Of a stretch of DNA of 54,753 bases, positions 36,267 to 45,967 are shown in pieces. The first letter of the stretch is position 1. Every line of letters begins with the position of its first letter. The notes beneath the pieces are model-generated. The model saw only the letters and a program-made list of their open reading frames with translations. It was not told the origin of the DNA and ran no database searches. Origin of the DNA: an uncultured Collinsella sp. (GTDB taxonomy: Bacteria > Actinomycetota > Coriobacteriia > Coriobacteriales > Coriobacteriaceae); assembly GCA_900552755.1 (NCBI GenBank), contig USAY01000001.1:1-54753 (forward strand), in the 5' to 3' direction. A program made the position numbers and the translations under genes.

Positions 36267-37607
36267 CTACATCTCAGGAGCCTTGGCTACGGTCTCGCTC
36301 TCTGCCGCAAGTGGGCGGTTGTCGATGCGGCGGCCCAAGCGATCGAGCTTCACGAGCAGCCATTCAATGGGATTCGGCCCTGCGCCTTCCTCGTCGGCAA
36401 CCAGGTCCATGACGGCGATCTTGGTGCCGTCCTGCTTGAGTGTAACGCTGCCCACCTTGTCGCCCACATGCACCGTGCCCGAAAGATCGTCGTAGCTAAC
36501 CTTTTCGGTCACCTCGCCGGCAAGAGAAAACACGGTCGCTTGCGCCGTGGGATCGGCGAGCGTGGCGTCGATTGTCTTATCCGTCCAGTCGGTTTGACTA
36601 ATGCGCGCCATAAGCGGGTTGCCGTTGGCGGTCTTTTCTTGCGTGTTGGCGATTGCGACCGTCACCTTGTGGTCGTAGTACCAGTTGGCAAGGGTGGCGG
36701 TATCGGTAAAGCGCTGATCGGTGGTGGTGGAGTTCAAAATAACGGTGTAGATCTCGTCGCCGTCGCGGTTGTAGGCGCTCGTAAAGCAATAGCCCGCGTC
36801 GTCGGTGGTGCCGGTCTTGCCGCCGATGTTGCCATCTTGGCCCAGCAAATAGTTATGCGTGTCCATGGAATGCGAATGGTCGGTGCCGTCGGCGCCCGTG
36901 ACTTCGATCCAGGAATCCTCGCTCGCTACGACCTCGCGGATCGTGTCGTTTTTCATGGCCTCCTGCATCATCAGCGCTACGTCGTGTGCGGTTGAGTGCA
37001 TATTGCCAGCCCACTCATCAAAGTCCAGACCATGCGGGTTTTCAAAAAGCGTACCGGTGCAGCCGAGCTTCTTAGCGCGCTCGTTCATGGCCTTCACAAA
37101 TGTGGCCTCGGCGTCTTTGGTCTTAGGGTCGATTTTCTTGCCCACATATTCGGCGAGCACGATGGCGGCGTCGTTGCCCGAGGGAATCATCAGGCCGCGC
37201 AGTGCCTGCTCCACGGTAAGCTCGTCGCCTTCGAGCAAGCCGGCGGTCGAATTACCCACGGTGGCTGCGGCGTTGCTCACCGTGACCTTCTCGTCCATCT
37301 TGCAATTCTCGACGGTTAGGATTGCGGTCATGACCTTGGTGATCGAGGCGATTTTGACCTGCTCATCGGCGCCGCGCCCATAGTAGACGGTACCGTCTTT
37401 GCCCATGACGAGGGCATTGGTCGCATCGATATCGGGCAGGTTTTCGGCCGTGATGCCGCGCGCATCGGCGGTTTTGCCGCAAACATTGTCGGTCGTGAGC
37501 ACTTGGGCGCCGGCGACGGTGGGCGCGCCAGCGGCAAGGGCGATAGCGCAGACAAAGCCGGCGGCAAGCTGGGCTGAGCGCTTTGCAAAAGAGGTGAGGG
37601 ACTTCAC
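36267..37607 (-). CDS. D-alanyl-D-alanine carboxypeptidase (peptidase S11, DacA-like)
   Basis: Signal peptide, IASITK (SxxK), SGNDA (SxN), NPHGL and GKTG; GTG start chosen (ORF open to 37718). Confidence 0.93.
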   Translation of the reverse strand: MKSLTSFAKRSAQLAAGFVCAIALAAGAPTVAGAQVLTTDNVCGKTADARGITAENLPDIDATNALVMGKDGTVYYGRGADEQVKIASITKVMTAILTVENCKMDEKVTVSNAAATVGNSTAGLLEGDELTVEQALRGLMIPSGNDAAIVLAEYVGKKIDPKTKDAEATFVKAMNERAKKLGCTGTLFENPHGLDFDEWAGNMHSTAHDVALMMQEAMKNDTIREVVASEDSWIEVTGADGTDHSHSMDTHNYLLGQDGNIGGKTGTTDDAGYCFTSAYNRDGDEIYTVILNSTTTDQRFTDTATLANWYYDHKVTVAIANTQEKTANGNPLMARISQTDWTDKTIDATLADPTAQATVFSLAGEVTEKVSYDDLSGTVHVGDKVGSVTLKQDGTKIAVMDLVADEEGAGPNPIEWLLVKLDRLGRRIDNRPLAAESETVAKAPEM

Positions 37608-37804
37608 AGATTTCGCTTTCGACGGGATGGTCTCTTCTGAAACTAGAGTATATCGTTTGCCGGCGTCGGCGATCATCGCGTGCGTGCGTGGCCCACATCC
37701 GCGTTCGAACGGGCACAAGGGTGCTTAAGACCGACTTAATCACCCACGCTTGTTGTGTGTGGCGTGCGTCGCCTCAGGCATAATGGAGCGCGAGAGGAGC
37801 ACGC

Positions 37805-38500
37805 ATGAACGAGCGCATTTTGGTAGTTGATGACGAGAAGGCCATCGCCGACTTGGTTGGCATCTACCTTACAAAAGAGGGCTTTGATGTCCAGATTGCC
37901 TATAGCGGGGCCGATGCTGCCAAGGCGATTTTGGAGCAGGAGTTCGATTTGGCGCTGCTAGATGTCATGCTGCCCGATATCGATGGGTTTGAGCTGCTGC
38001 GTACGATCCGTTCCAGCCATACCTATCCCGTGATCATGCTGACGGCGCGCGATGCCCAGCAAGACAAGATCGGGGGCCTTTCGCTTGGCGCGGACGATTA
38101 CGTGGTTAAGCCGTTCCGTCCGCTGGAGCTCATCGCGCGCGTGCACGCTCAGCTTCGCCGCTACACCAGCTACGGTAGCCGTGCACAGGCGGCCGAGTCG
38201 CCGACCATTCAGCTCGACGGCTTGGAGATCAACCGCGACGCTCGTTCCGTGACGGTGGACGGTGCACCGGTACGCCTCACACCCACCGAGTATTCAATCT
38301 TGCTGTATCTGGTCGAGCATCGCGGCAGCGTGGTGGCCGTGGAGGACCTGTTCCGCGCGGTGTGGAGCGAGGATTTTATGCCCGGCTCCAACAATACGGT
38401 GATGGTGCACATTCGCCACTTGCGCGAAAAAATCGGCGACGACGCACAAAAGCCACGCTTTATCAAAAACGTCTGGGGCGTCGGCTACATCATCGAATAG
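37805..38500 (+). CDS. OmpR-family response regulator, VanR-like
   Basis: ILVVDDE, LLDVMLPD, GADDYVVKPFRPLELIARV and NNTVMVHIRHLREK motifs. Confidence 0.93.
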   Translation: MNERILVVDDEKAIADLVGIYLTKEGFDVQIAYSGADAAKAILEQEFDLALLDVMLPDIDGFELLRTIRSSHTYPVIMLTARDAQQDKIGGLSLGADDYVVKPFRPLELIARVHAQLRRYTSYGSRAQAAESPTIQLDGLEINRDARSVTVDGAPVRLTPTEYSILLYLVEHRGSVVAVEDLFRAVWSEDFMPGSNNTVMVHIRHLREKIGDDAQKPRFIKNVWGVGYIIE

Positions 38501-38519
38501 CGCCTTTGATGGTGGGGAA

Positions 38520-39764
38520 GTGGATATGACAAAAGACGATAGGCAGGCATTCGAGGTACCCGATCGGCTCTTTGAATACGTGAGGTCGGTCGTCGACAAC
38601 CGCGCGCTTGCAACGGTGCTGCTCTTTTTGCTGAGCCTGCTGCTGATTGGCATCGACAACATCGCCGGAATCTTGACGGTGCTGCTTGCCGGCTTTTTGC
38701 TGATCGATCGATTTGAGATCGTGCGCCGCTGCATGGTGATTGGCGGCGCCGCGTGGGCCATGACGTTGGCGATTGGCGCCATGGCGCTCGGCGGCATCGA
38801 AGGGCCGGTGCTGTTCGATGCCGGCTTTGTATTCAACATGCTTGGCTTTGTGCTGGCGCTTGCCGCGTGCGTGCTGTTCTTGTGTGGCCGCGCCCTGTAC
38901 TACCAGGGCTACGAGCAGGGCGAGCAGCATGCCGATTGTGTGCTGGCCGCTCGTATTCAAGATCGCCTGATCGATCACCCCGACACCTGGGACAACATCG
39001 ACGGCGACTTCTTGGAGGTCGAGGGCGCCCTTAACCGCGTGCGTGACCGTGAGCGCAAGGTGCAACAGGCCTTGCGTGACGAGTCGCATCGCAAGGACGA
39101 TCTGGTCACGTACTTGGCACATGACCTACGCACCCCGCTTGCCAGTGTGGTGGGCTATCTTTCGCTGCTGCAAGAGGCTCCTGAGCTGCCGGTTGAGCAA
39201 CGTGCGCACTTTACGGGCGTGGCTCTCGACAAGGCGCACCGGCTCGATGCACTCATCGAAGAGTTCTTCGATATCACACGCTTTGACTTCCACGATATCG
39301 TGCTCACGCGCGGCTATGTTGATCTGGGGTTGCTGCTGGCTCAGGTGGCTGACGAGTTCTATCCCATCCTCAACGAGCAGCATAAGGAAGCCCAAGTTGA
39401 TATCCACGAGGACCTGACGGTGCTCGTGGATGGCGACAAGATGGCTCGCGTGTTCAACAACATCATGAAAAACGCCGTCGCCTATAGCTATGAGGGCTCG
39501 ACTATCACGATTGAGGCCGGGCGCCAAGACGATGGCGGCGTGCGCGTTCGCTTTATCAATCAGGGCGATCCTATCCCTGCGGCTAAGCTCAAGGTGATCT
39601 TTGAGAAGTTCTATCGCCTGGATGCGGCGCGTGCGACCAATCGCGGTGGTGCCGGTCTGGGCCTTGCTATTGCCAAGGAGATCATCGCGGCACACGGCGG
39701 TACCGTTGCATGTGAATCGACGCCCGAACACACGATATTCACCATCGAGCTGCCCGCCGCATAG
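38520..39764 (+). CDS. Sensor histidine kinase, VanS-like
   Basis: TM helices, YLAHDLRTPL H-box, EEFFDITR, NAVAYS and GGAGLGLAIAK. Confidence 0.93.
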   Translation: MDMTKDDRQAFEVPDRLFEYVRSVVDNRALATVLLFLLSLLLIGIDNIAGILTVLLAGFLLIDRFEIVRRCMVIGGAAWAMTLAIGAMALGGIEGPVLFDAGFVFNMLGFVLALAACVLFLCGRALYYQGYEQGEQHADCVLAARIQDRLIDHPDTWDNIDGDFLEVEGALNRVRDRERKVQQALRDESHRKDDLVTYLAHDLRTPLASVVGYLSLLQEAPELPVEQRAHFTGVALDKAHRLDALIEEFFDITRFDFHDIVLTRGYVDLGLLLAQVADEFYPILNEQHKEAQVDIHEDLTVLVDGDKMARVFNNIMKNAVAYSYEGSTITIEAGRQDDGGVRVRFINQGDPIPAAKLKVIFEKFYRLDAARATNRGGAGLGLAIAKEIIAAHGGTVACESTPEHTIFTIELPAA

Positions 39765-39775
39765 CCAGCGTGCCC

Positions 39776-39802
39776 TTACAAACACTTGACAATGCGCTCA
39801 CG
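39776..39802 (+). promoter_or_regulatory. Putative Pho box upstream of pstB
   Basis: TTACA/TGACA/TCACG at 11-bp spacing (39776, 39787, 39798). Confidence 0.5.
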
Positions 39803-39867
39803 TGCATATGAGCCGCGATTTCTACTATCGATACTGCTGAATTGATATCGATGTGGAGGTATGCGGT

Positions 39868-40743
39868 ATGACGGCTGCTGCGGCTGTGGAGCCCACGGAG
39901 CTTGAAGAACTCATGGAAGCGCAGGCCGAGGCCGCGCACGAGCGCGAGGTTGGGGATGCGACTCGCCCCACGGCAGAGGATCTTGCCGCCTCGCCGACGC
40001 GCATCGACGTCGAGGGCCTCGACCTGTTCTATGGCGACCATCATGCGCTCAAGGACGTGAATATCAAGATCCGCGACAAGCAGATCACCTCATTTATCGG
40101 GCCTTCGGGCTGCGGAAAGTCCACGTTGCTGCGCTGCTTTAACCGCATGAACGACGGCATCAAGGATTGCCGTATCGAGGGCAAGATTGCGCTCGATGGT
40201 CAAGATATCCTGGGCGATTACGACATCTGCCGTTTGCGCCAGCGCGTGGGCATGGTGTTCCAGCGCCCCAACCCGTTTCCCATGAGCATCTACGACAACG
40301 TCGCCTATGGGCCGCGCGGTATGGGTGTGCGCGACCGCGTCGTGCTCGACGAGCTGGTCGAGGACTCCCTTCGTCGCGCTGCGCTATGGGATGAGGTCAA
40401 GGACAAGCTCAAAGAGTCGGGTCTGGGTCTTTCGGGCGGCCAGCAGCAGCGTCTGTGCATCGCCCGCGCGCTGGCCGTGCAGCCCGACATTCTGCTGATG
40501 GACGAGCCGACCTCGGCACTCGACCCTGTGTCGACGCTGGTGGTGGAGCAGCTGGCCTGTGAGCTCAAAGAGACCTGCACGCTCGTGGTCGTTACGCACA
40601 ATATGCAGCAGGCGGCGCGTATCTCCGATTCGGTCGCATTCTTTTTGCTGGGTGAGCTGGTGGAGCACGCGCCCACCGCGCAACTCTTCAAGAATCCGAC
40701 CGATCCGCGCACGGCGGATTATTTGACGGGGCGTTTTGGCTGA
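39868..40743 (+). CDS. pstB: Phosphate ABC transporter ATP-binding protein
   Basis: [53 protein letters not shown] and YLTGRFG motifs. Confidence 0.96.
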   Translation: MTAAAAVEPTELEELMEAQAEAAHEREVGDATRPTAEDLAASPTRIDVEGLDLFYGDHHALKDVNIKIRDKQITSFIGPSGCGKSTLLRCFNRMNDGIKDCRIEGKIALDGQDILGDYDICRLRQRVGMVFQRPNPFPMSIYDNVAYGPRGMGVRDRVVLDELVEDSLRRAALWDEVKDKLKESGLGLSGGQQQRLCIARALAVQPDILLMDEPTSALDPVSTLVVEQLACELKETCTLVVVTHNMQQAARISDSVAFFLLGELVEHAPTAQLFKNPTDPRTADYLTGRFG

Positions 40744-40807
40744 TACCATCTAGTAAAGGTACCTTTAGGGTTAAGATGCGGTCATGCCGGCCGCAAAGGG
40801 GTTCAAC

Positions 40808-41536
40808 ATGATCTATTACGTCGAGGACGATGACAACATCAGGGATTTGACGGTCTATGCGCTGCGCAAGCAGGGGATTGAGGCCGAAGGCTTTTCGTGC
40901 GACGGTGAGTTTAAGGCTGCCGTGGCGCGACGGGTACCCGATGCCGTCCTGCTCGACATCATGCTGCCCGATACCGATGGCTTGGCGATTATGCGTCGAC
41001 TGCGTGCCGATCGCCTGACGGCGACGGTGCCCATCATGATGCTTACCGCCAAGGATACCGAGCTCGACAAGGTGATGGCGCTCGATGGCGGTGCCGACGA
41101 TTACCTGACTAAGCCGTTTTCGCTCATGGAGCTTGCGAGCCGCTGCCGCGCACTGCTGCGTCGCGGCGGCATGGTCAAGCAGGCGAGCGATGTGCTCAGC
41201 GTGGGCGACATCGTGCTCTCGCCCAGCCATCGTGAGGTGACTGTTGCCGGCGAGTCGCTTAAGCTCACCCTGCGCGAGTTCGACCTGCTCGAGTACCTCA
41301 TGCGCAAGCCCGGCGTGGTTTTTACCCGCGAGTCGTTGCTGCAGAGCGTGTGGGGCTGGGACTTCGACGGCGGTTCGCGCACCGTTGACGTGCACGTGCA
41401 GACGCTTCGCCAAAAACTGGGCGAGCATGCCAGCGCCATCGAGACCGTGCGCGGCGTGGGCTACCGCTTGGCCGAGCCTTCTGCCGGCGATGGTGCCAAA
41501 GGCGACGACACCGCGGCCACCGCATCGGAGGAGTAA
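40808..41536 (+). CDS. PhoB/PhoP-like response regulator
   Basis: IYYVEDD, LLDIMLPD, GADDYLTKPF and RTVDVHV...L motifs; adjacent to pstB. Confidence 0.92.
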   Translation: MIYYVEDDDNIRDLTVYALRKQGIEAEGFSCDGEFKAAVARRVPDAVLLDIMLPDTDGLAIMRRLRADRLTATVPIMMLTAKDTELDKVMALDGGADDYLTKPFSLMELASRCRALLRRGGMVKQASDVLSVGDIVLSPSHREVTVAGESLKLTLREFDLLEYLMRKPGVVFTRESLLQSVWGWDFDGGSRTVDVHVQTLRQKLGEHASAIETVRGVGYRLAEPSAGDGAKGDDTAATASEE

Positions 41537-41539
41537 CCC

Positions 41540-42964
41540 GTGGCCTTCGCCCCCCAGGGAAAACATACGCTGTCGCACCGCGTTTTTGTGACGATCTTTG
41601 TCTGCGCCATGGCGGTTATCGTGGCGTTTACGGTGCTGGGTGCGTTCTTTGTGCAAAACACCTTGGCGGATGCCACGAGTGCCAATCTGGCGCAGGAAAC
41701 CGAGCTCATTGCTGCCGCTCTCGACGAACAGCAAGAGCCCATCCCGTTCTTGCGTAGTCTCGATCGCGAGGACTTGCGCATCACGCTGATTAACAAGGAT
41801 GGATCGGTTGCCTACGACAACGAGGCGTCGCCTTCCACACTGCCCAACCATGGCGATCGCCCCGAGGTCATCGAGGCCTTTGAGAGTGGTTTGGGTTCCG
41901 CGGAGCGCGCAAGCTCTACGCTCGACGAGATTATGCTGTATCGCGCCGTCGCCCTTGATAACGGCCAGGTTGTCCGCTTGGCGCAGGCCCAGCCTGGCGT
42001 TGCGGCGATTTTGCTGTCGATGGTGGCGCCGATGCTGCTTATCGCAGCAGCGGGTGCGGTACTCTCGTTTTTTATGGCGCGCCGCGAGTCCCGTGCCATC
42101 ATCGCGCCGTTGCAAGAGGTGGATTTGGACCACCCACGCCGTAGCTATGAGCACGCCTATGCCGAGATGGTCCCCATGCTTGAGCGTATCGAGTCGCAGC
42201 GCCAGGAACTCAAGCGCCAAATGGCGGTGCTAGCGGACAACGACCGTATGCGCCGCGAGTTCACGGCGAATATCACCCATGAGCTCAAGACGCCGCTTAC
42301 GGCGATTTCGGGCTATGCCGAGCTCATCGCAAACGGCATGGTCGAGGGCGAGGGCGACCTGCGCAACTTTGGCGGTCGCATCTATCGTGAGGCGGGCCGC
42401 TTGGCAGCGCTTGTCAACGATATCCTTACGCTGTCTAACTTGGACGAGGCCGAGCGTGCAGCTGAGGGCGAGGCGGTGCCCATTGGGTCCACGGAGCCTA
42501 TTGAGCTCTCGCGTGCCATCTACGCGGTCGAGCAGCGTCTTGAACAGGTCGCCCGTCAGGCGAATGTGACGATAAGTCATGAGACCAAGCCTGTGGTCAT
42601 CGAGGGCGTGTCGCGCTTGATTGACGAGCTCATCTATAATCTGGCAAGCAACGCCATCCGCTACAATCGACCCGGCGGTACGGTTACGCTGCAGTGCGGC
42701 ACCAACGACGAAGGCCATCCGTTCCTTGCGGTCGCCGACACGGGAATCGGTATCGCGCCTGAAGAACAGGGCAAGGTATTTGAGCGGTTCTATCGCGTGG
42801 ACAAGAGTAGGTCCAAGGCACGCGGCGGAACCGGTCTGGGGCTTGCCATTGTCAAGCATGCGGCCCTGTATCATCACGCCACGCTCGATCTGTCGAGCGA
42901 GTTGGGCGTGGGAACCACCATTACGGTGACGTTTCCCATACAGCAGGACGAGCCATTCGCATAG
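41540..42964 (+). CDS. PhoR-like sensor histidine kinase
   Basis: NHGDRPEV, RREFTANITHELKTPL and FERFYRVDKSRSKARGGTGLGLAIVKH motifs. Confidence 0.93.
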   Translation: MAFAPQGKHTLSHRVFVTIFVCAMAVIVAFTVLGAFFVQNTLADATSANLAQETELIAAALDEQQEPIPFLRSLDREDLRITLINKDGSVAYDNEASPSTLPNHGDRPEVIEAFESGLGSAERASSTLDEIMLYRAVALDNGQVVRLAQAQPGVAAILLSMVAPMLLIAAAGAVLSFFMARRESRAIIAPLQEVDLDHPRRSYEHAYAEMVPMLERIESQRQELKRQMAVLADNDRMRREFTANITHELKTPLTAISGYAELIANGMVEGEGDLRNFGGRIYREAGRLAALVNDILTLSNLDEAERAAEGEAVPIGSTEPIELSRAIYAVEQRLEQVARQANVTISHETKPVVIEGVSRLIDELIYNLASNAIRYNRPGGTVTLQCGTNDEGHPFLAVADTGIGIAPEEQGKVFERFYRVDKSRSKARGGTGLGLAIVKHAALYHHATLDLSSELGVGTTITVTFPIQQDEPFA

Positions 42965-43159
42965 CGATACAACATAGATATTGATGTAGACGCCGCATTT
43001 GACTTTCGGGTGCGGCGTTGTTGTGCAATTTTACGATTGCTTCCGACATTTTTACAGGAGAGCCTGTTTCTTATGTATAGAGTTTGGTCTCGGTAAAAAG
43101 ATGCGATAACATACGGACAGTTTTGTCAATCCGAACTGGGGAAATGAAAGGCAAGCTGC

Positions 43160-43816
43160 ATGACCCTTCTCGAACTGTTCCAGCTGCTGAAGAAGCACCT
43201 TCAGCTGGTCATCACCCTTCCGGTGGTCTGCGCGATCGCCATGGGCATCGTGTCCTTCGTTGCGATGGACAACACCTATACCGCGACGACGAGCATGTAC
43301 ATTCTCGCCAAGACCGACGATAGCGGTCAGATGAGCTACAACGATCTCTCGGCGAGTCAGATGCTTTCCAACGATATCGCCACGCTGCTGGATAGCGATA
43401 GCGTTAAGAGCGGCGCAGCCAATGAACTGGGCCTCACCGATCTGGATGACTACAAGGTGTCTGTTTCCTCCGAGACCACCACGCGTGTCATTACGCTTTC
43501 GGTTACCGGCACCGATGCCAAGGAGACGGCTAAGGTCGCAAAGGCCATAGCTAGCTCGGTGAGTACGGTCGCTCAGAACGTCGGCGCTGCCCAGAGCATC
43601 AACGTTATCGACGAGGCTAAGACCCCCGAAGCCCCCAGCGGCCCCAAGCGTATGCTGTACGTTGCTGTCGCGTTCCTCGCGGGCATCTTTATCGCAGTTG
43701 CCTATGTCGTTTTGGCAGACATGCTCAACACCCGCATCCGCGGTGCCGAAGAGGCAGAAGAGCTCCTGGGCATTCCCGTTGTTGGCCGAATTCCGGCTAT
43801 GAAAGGTGGTAAATAG
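43160..43816 (+). CDS. Capsule chain-length determinant (CpsC/YveK/Wzz-like)
   Basis: Two TM segments, YTATTSMY, VIDEA...P...P and EELLGIPVVGRIP motifs. Confidence 0.9.
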   Translation: MTLLELFQLLKKHLQLVITLPVVCAIAMGIVSFVAMDNTYTATTSMYILAKTDDSGQMSYNDLSASQMLSNDIATLLDSDSVKSGAANELGLTDLDDYKVSVSSETTTRVITLSVTGTDAKETAKVAKAIASSVSTVAQNVGAAQSINVIDEAKTPEAPSGPKRMLYVAVAFLAGIFIAVAYVVLADMLNTRIRGAEEAEELLGIPVVGRIPAMKGGK

Positions 43817-43818
43817 GC

Positions 43819-44556
43819 ATGGCTAAGGCAAAGAACACCGATAAGCTCGTTGTACAGAATGCCGCCAAGACCCTTCTGGCCAACATCCGCTTTGCGAGCG
43901 TGGACGACCCCATTCGCACCATCACCGTTACCTCCTCGATTCCCAACGAGGGCAAGTCTACGGTTTCCATTAACCTTGCTCAGGCAATTGCCACGAGTGG
44001 CAAGTCCGTGCTCCTGGTTGAGGCCGATATGCGCCGCAGGTCCCTTTCCGATATGCTCGGCGTTCGTTCGCGCGGCGGACTCTATGCGGTTCTTTCCGAG
44101 CAGATCTCCATTGACCAGGCGATTGTCGAGACGGGTCAGAAGAACTTCTACTTCCTCGATGCCGAGCCGCATATTCCCAATCCTGCCGACATCATCGTCT
44201 CTCACCGCTTTGCCAAGCTGGTAAAGGCACTGTCTGCCAAGTTCCAGTACGTCATCTTTGATGCTCCCCCGGTCGGCACCTTCATCGATGCTGCCGAGAT
44301 TGCCAGCCTGACCGACGGTACGCTGTTCGTGGTGCGCGAGGACTTCACCAAGCGCGAGGAGGCGCTCAACGCTATCGGCCAGCTTAAGAAGTCCGAGAAG
44401 GTCAAGCTCATCGGTACCGTCATGAACTACTGCGAGACCGAGACCAGCGAGTACTACTACTCCTACTACACCAAGGACGGTAAGAAGGTTAAGAAGGGCT
44501 CCGACGATCAGGGGACTTCCAAAAAGGGCATCTTCACCAACCGAGCAAACGTTTAG
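43819..44556 (+). CDS. Bacterial tyrosine kinase (CpsD/CapB family)
   Basis: TSSIPNEGKST, VEADMRR, FDAPP and C-terminal tyrosine cluster EYYYSYY. Confidence 0.93.
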   Translation: MAKAKNTDKLVVQNAAKTLLANIRFASVDDPIRTITVTSSIPNEGKSTVSINLAQAIATSGKSVLLVEADMRRRSLSDMLGVRSRGGLYAVLSEQISIDQAIVETGQKNFYFLDAEPHIPNPADIIVSHRFAKLVKALSAKFQYVIFDAPPVGTFIDAAEIASLTDGTLFVVREDFTKREEALNAIGQLKKSEKVKLIGTVMNYCETETSEYYYSYYTKDGKKVKKGSDDQGTSKKGIFTNRANV

Positions 44557-44573
44557 TTGATTAAGGCTGACCT

Positions 44574-45224
44574 ATGCGTGACATTCATTGCCATATCTTG
44601 CCGGGTGTAGACGACGGCGCCGCCGATCTCGATGAGAGCTTGGCGATGCTCGAGGCTGCCAAGCGGGCCGGTGTAACCAGAATCGTTTGCACTCCTCACT
44701 GCCGTGATCCCTATTTTGATTACGACAAGATGTGGGATGCCTTTGAGCTGCTGCGTGATAACGCTGACGGTTTTCCGCTCCAGATGGGCTTCGAGGTCAA
44801 CCATCGAAAGCTCGTTGAGCTTGGTATCGATGCCGCGGAGCACTTGCATTTCGATGGGACCAACGAGTTTCTGCTCGAGCTTTCGACGCATGCCGATGCG
44901 TATGCGTTTAGAGAGTACGAGAACACGATTTACGATTTGCAGTGTCGTGGCTACCAGGTGATCATCGCTCATCCTGAGCGCTATCGTGCGGTTCAAAAGG
45001 ATGTAAGCGTGGCGGAGCGCCTGGTCGATATGGGCTGCAAGCTGCAGGCTTCGGCGGACTTTATTGCCGGCGGTCGCTTTGGTCGCGAAAAAAAGCCGGC
45101 ACAGCGCCTGTTCGATCAGAACCTGTACAGCTTCATCGCGAGCGATGCCCATAACGTGGGTCATTACGACTGCCTGGCGAAGGCTCGCGCGAAGTTTAGC
45201 GTGCGCGGAGCTCATTTTCGCTAA
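44574..45224 (+). CDS. PHP-family tyrosine phosphatase (CpsB/CapC)
   Basis: DIHCHILPGVDDG, TPH, IAHPERY and ASDAH motifs. Confidence 0.93.
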   Translation: MRDIHCHILPGVDDGAADLDESLAMLEAAKRAGVTRIVCTPHCRDPYFDYDKMWDAFELLRDNADGFPLQMGFEVNHRKLVELGIDAAEHLHFDGTNEFLLELSTHADAYAFREYENTIYDLQCRGYQVIIAHPERYRAVQKDVSVAERLVDMGCKLQASADFIAGGRFGREKKPAQRLFDQNLYSFIASDAHNVGHYDCLAKARAKFSVRGAHFR

Positions 45225-45263
45225 TATCTGTCCCTAACGTTCGCATTGAATGAAAGGGCAGCC

Positions 45264-45764
45264 ATGGATATCCAACTTAAGACGGGATGCTTTGATGACG
45301 CGGCGTTGGTGCGCCGCGTCGTTTTTATGGACGAGCAGGGCTACGAGAATGAGTTCGACGCTATCGACGAGGATCAGAACTGCATTCATGTGACGCTCTA
45401 TGTAGACGGCGAGCTTGCCGGTTGCTCGCGCGTGTTTCCCGAGGAGCTTGAGCGCGTGGCTGACGCAGAGGCCCCGGTGTTGCCGGCATGCGACATGGAC
45501 GAAGGCGTTGCGGCGGGGGAGACCTACATTATGGGGCGCGTCGCCGTGCTGCCGAGCATGCGCCGTCGCGGTTTGGCGAGCAAGATTGTCGAGGCCAGTG
45601 ATACGTGCGCGCGTGATGCCGGCGCCAAGCTCATTAAGCTGCATGCTCAGGAATACGTGCTGCCGCTCTATGCCAAGGCGGGCTACACGCAGATTGCCCC
45701 GGTGGACTACGAAGACGAGGGCCAGCCTCATGCCTGGATGGCCAAGCGCGTAGATGGCAGATAG
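45264..45764 (+). CDS. GNAT family acetyltransferase (ElaA/YjcF-like)
   Basis: VRRVVFMDEQG, GRVAVL...RRRGLA, LHAQ...LYAKAGY and PHAWM motifs. Confidence 0.9.
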   Translation: MDIQLKTGCFDDAALVRRVVFMDEQGYENEFDAIDEDQNCIHVTLYVDGELAGCSRVFPEELERVADAEAPVLPACDMDEGVAAGETYIMGRVAVLPSMRRRGLASKIVEASDTCARDAGAKLIKLHAQEYVLPLYAKAGYTQIAPVDYEDEGQPHAWMAKRVDGR

Positions 45765-45967
45765 GGACGTTCCTTTTCTGCCGGCAGTTGGGGACACTCC
45801 TTGGCAATTGGCGCATCGGAGCGCTTAGACATACAGTTTTTCGATTCCGTATGTATATATGCGCGCTAATGGGTTATAAAATCTAAGTCTGAACATAGCA
45901 GGTCTGCGATGCGGCTCGGGCGACCGGGCCGTTTTTTGCGGACGGGGGTAGCGCGAAAGGACTGCAC

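Noticed and set aside
45882..45902. HspR (HAIR) operator upstream of htpG
   Set aside because: Only a weak half-site resemblance to CTTGAGT-N7-ACTCAAG.
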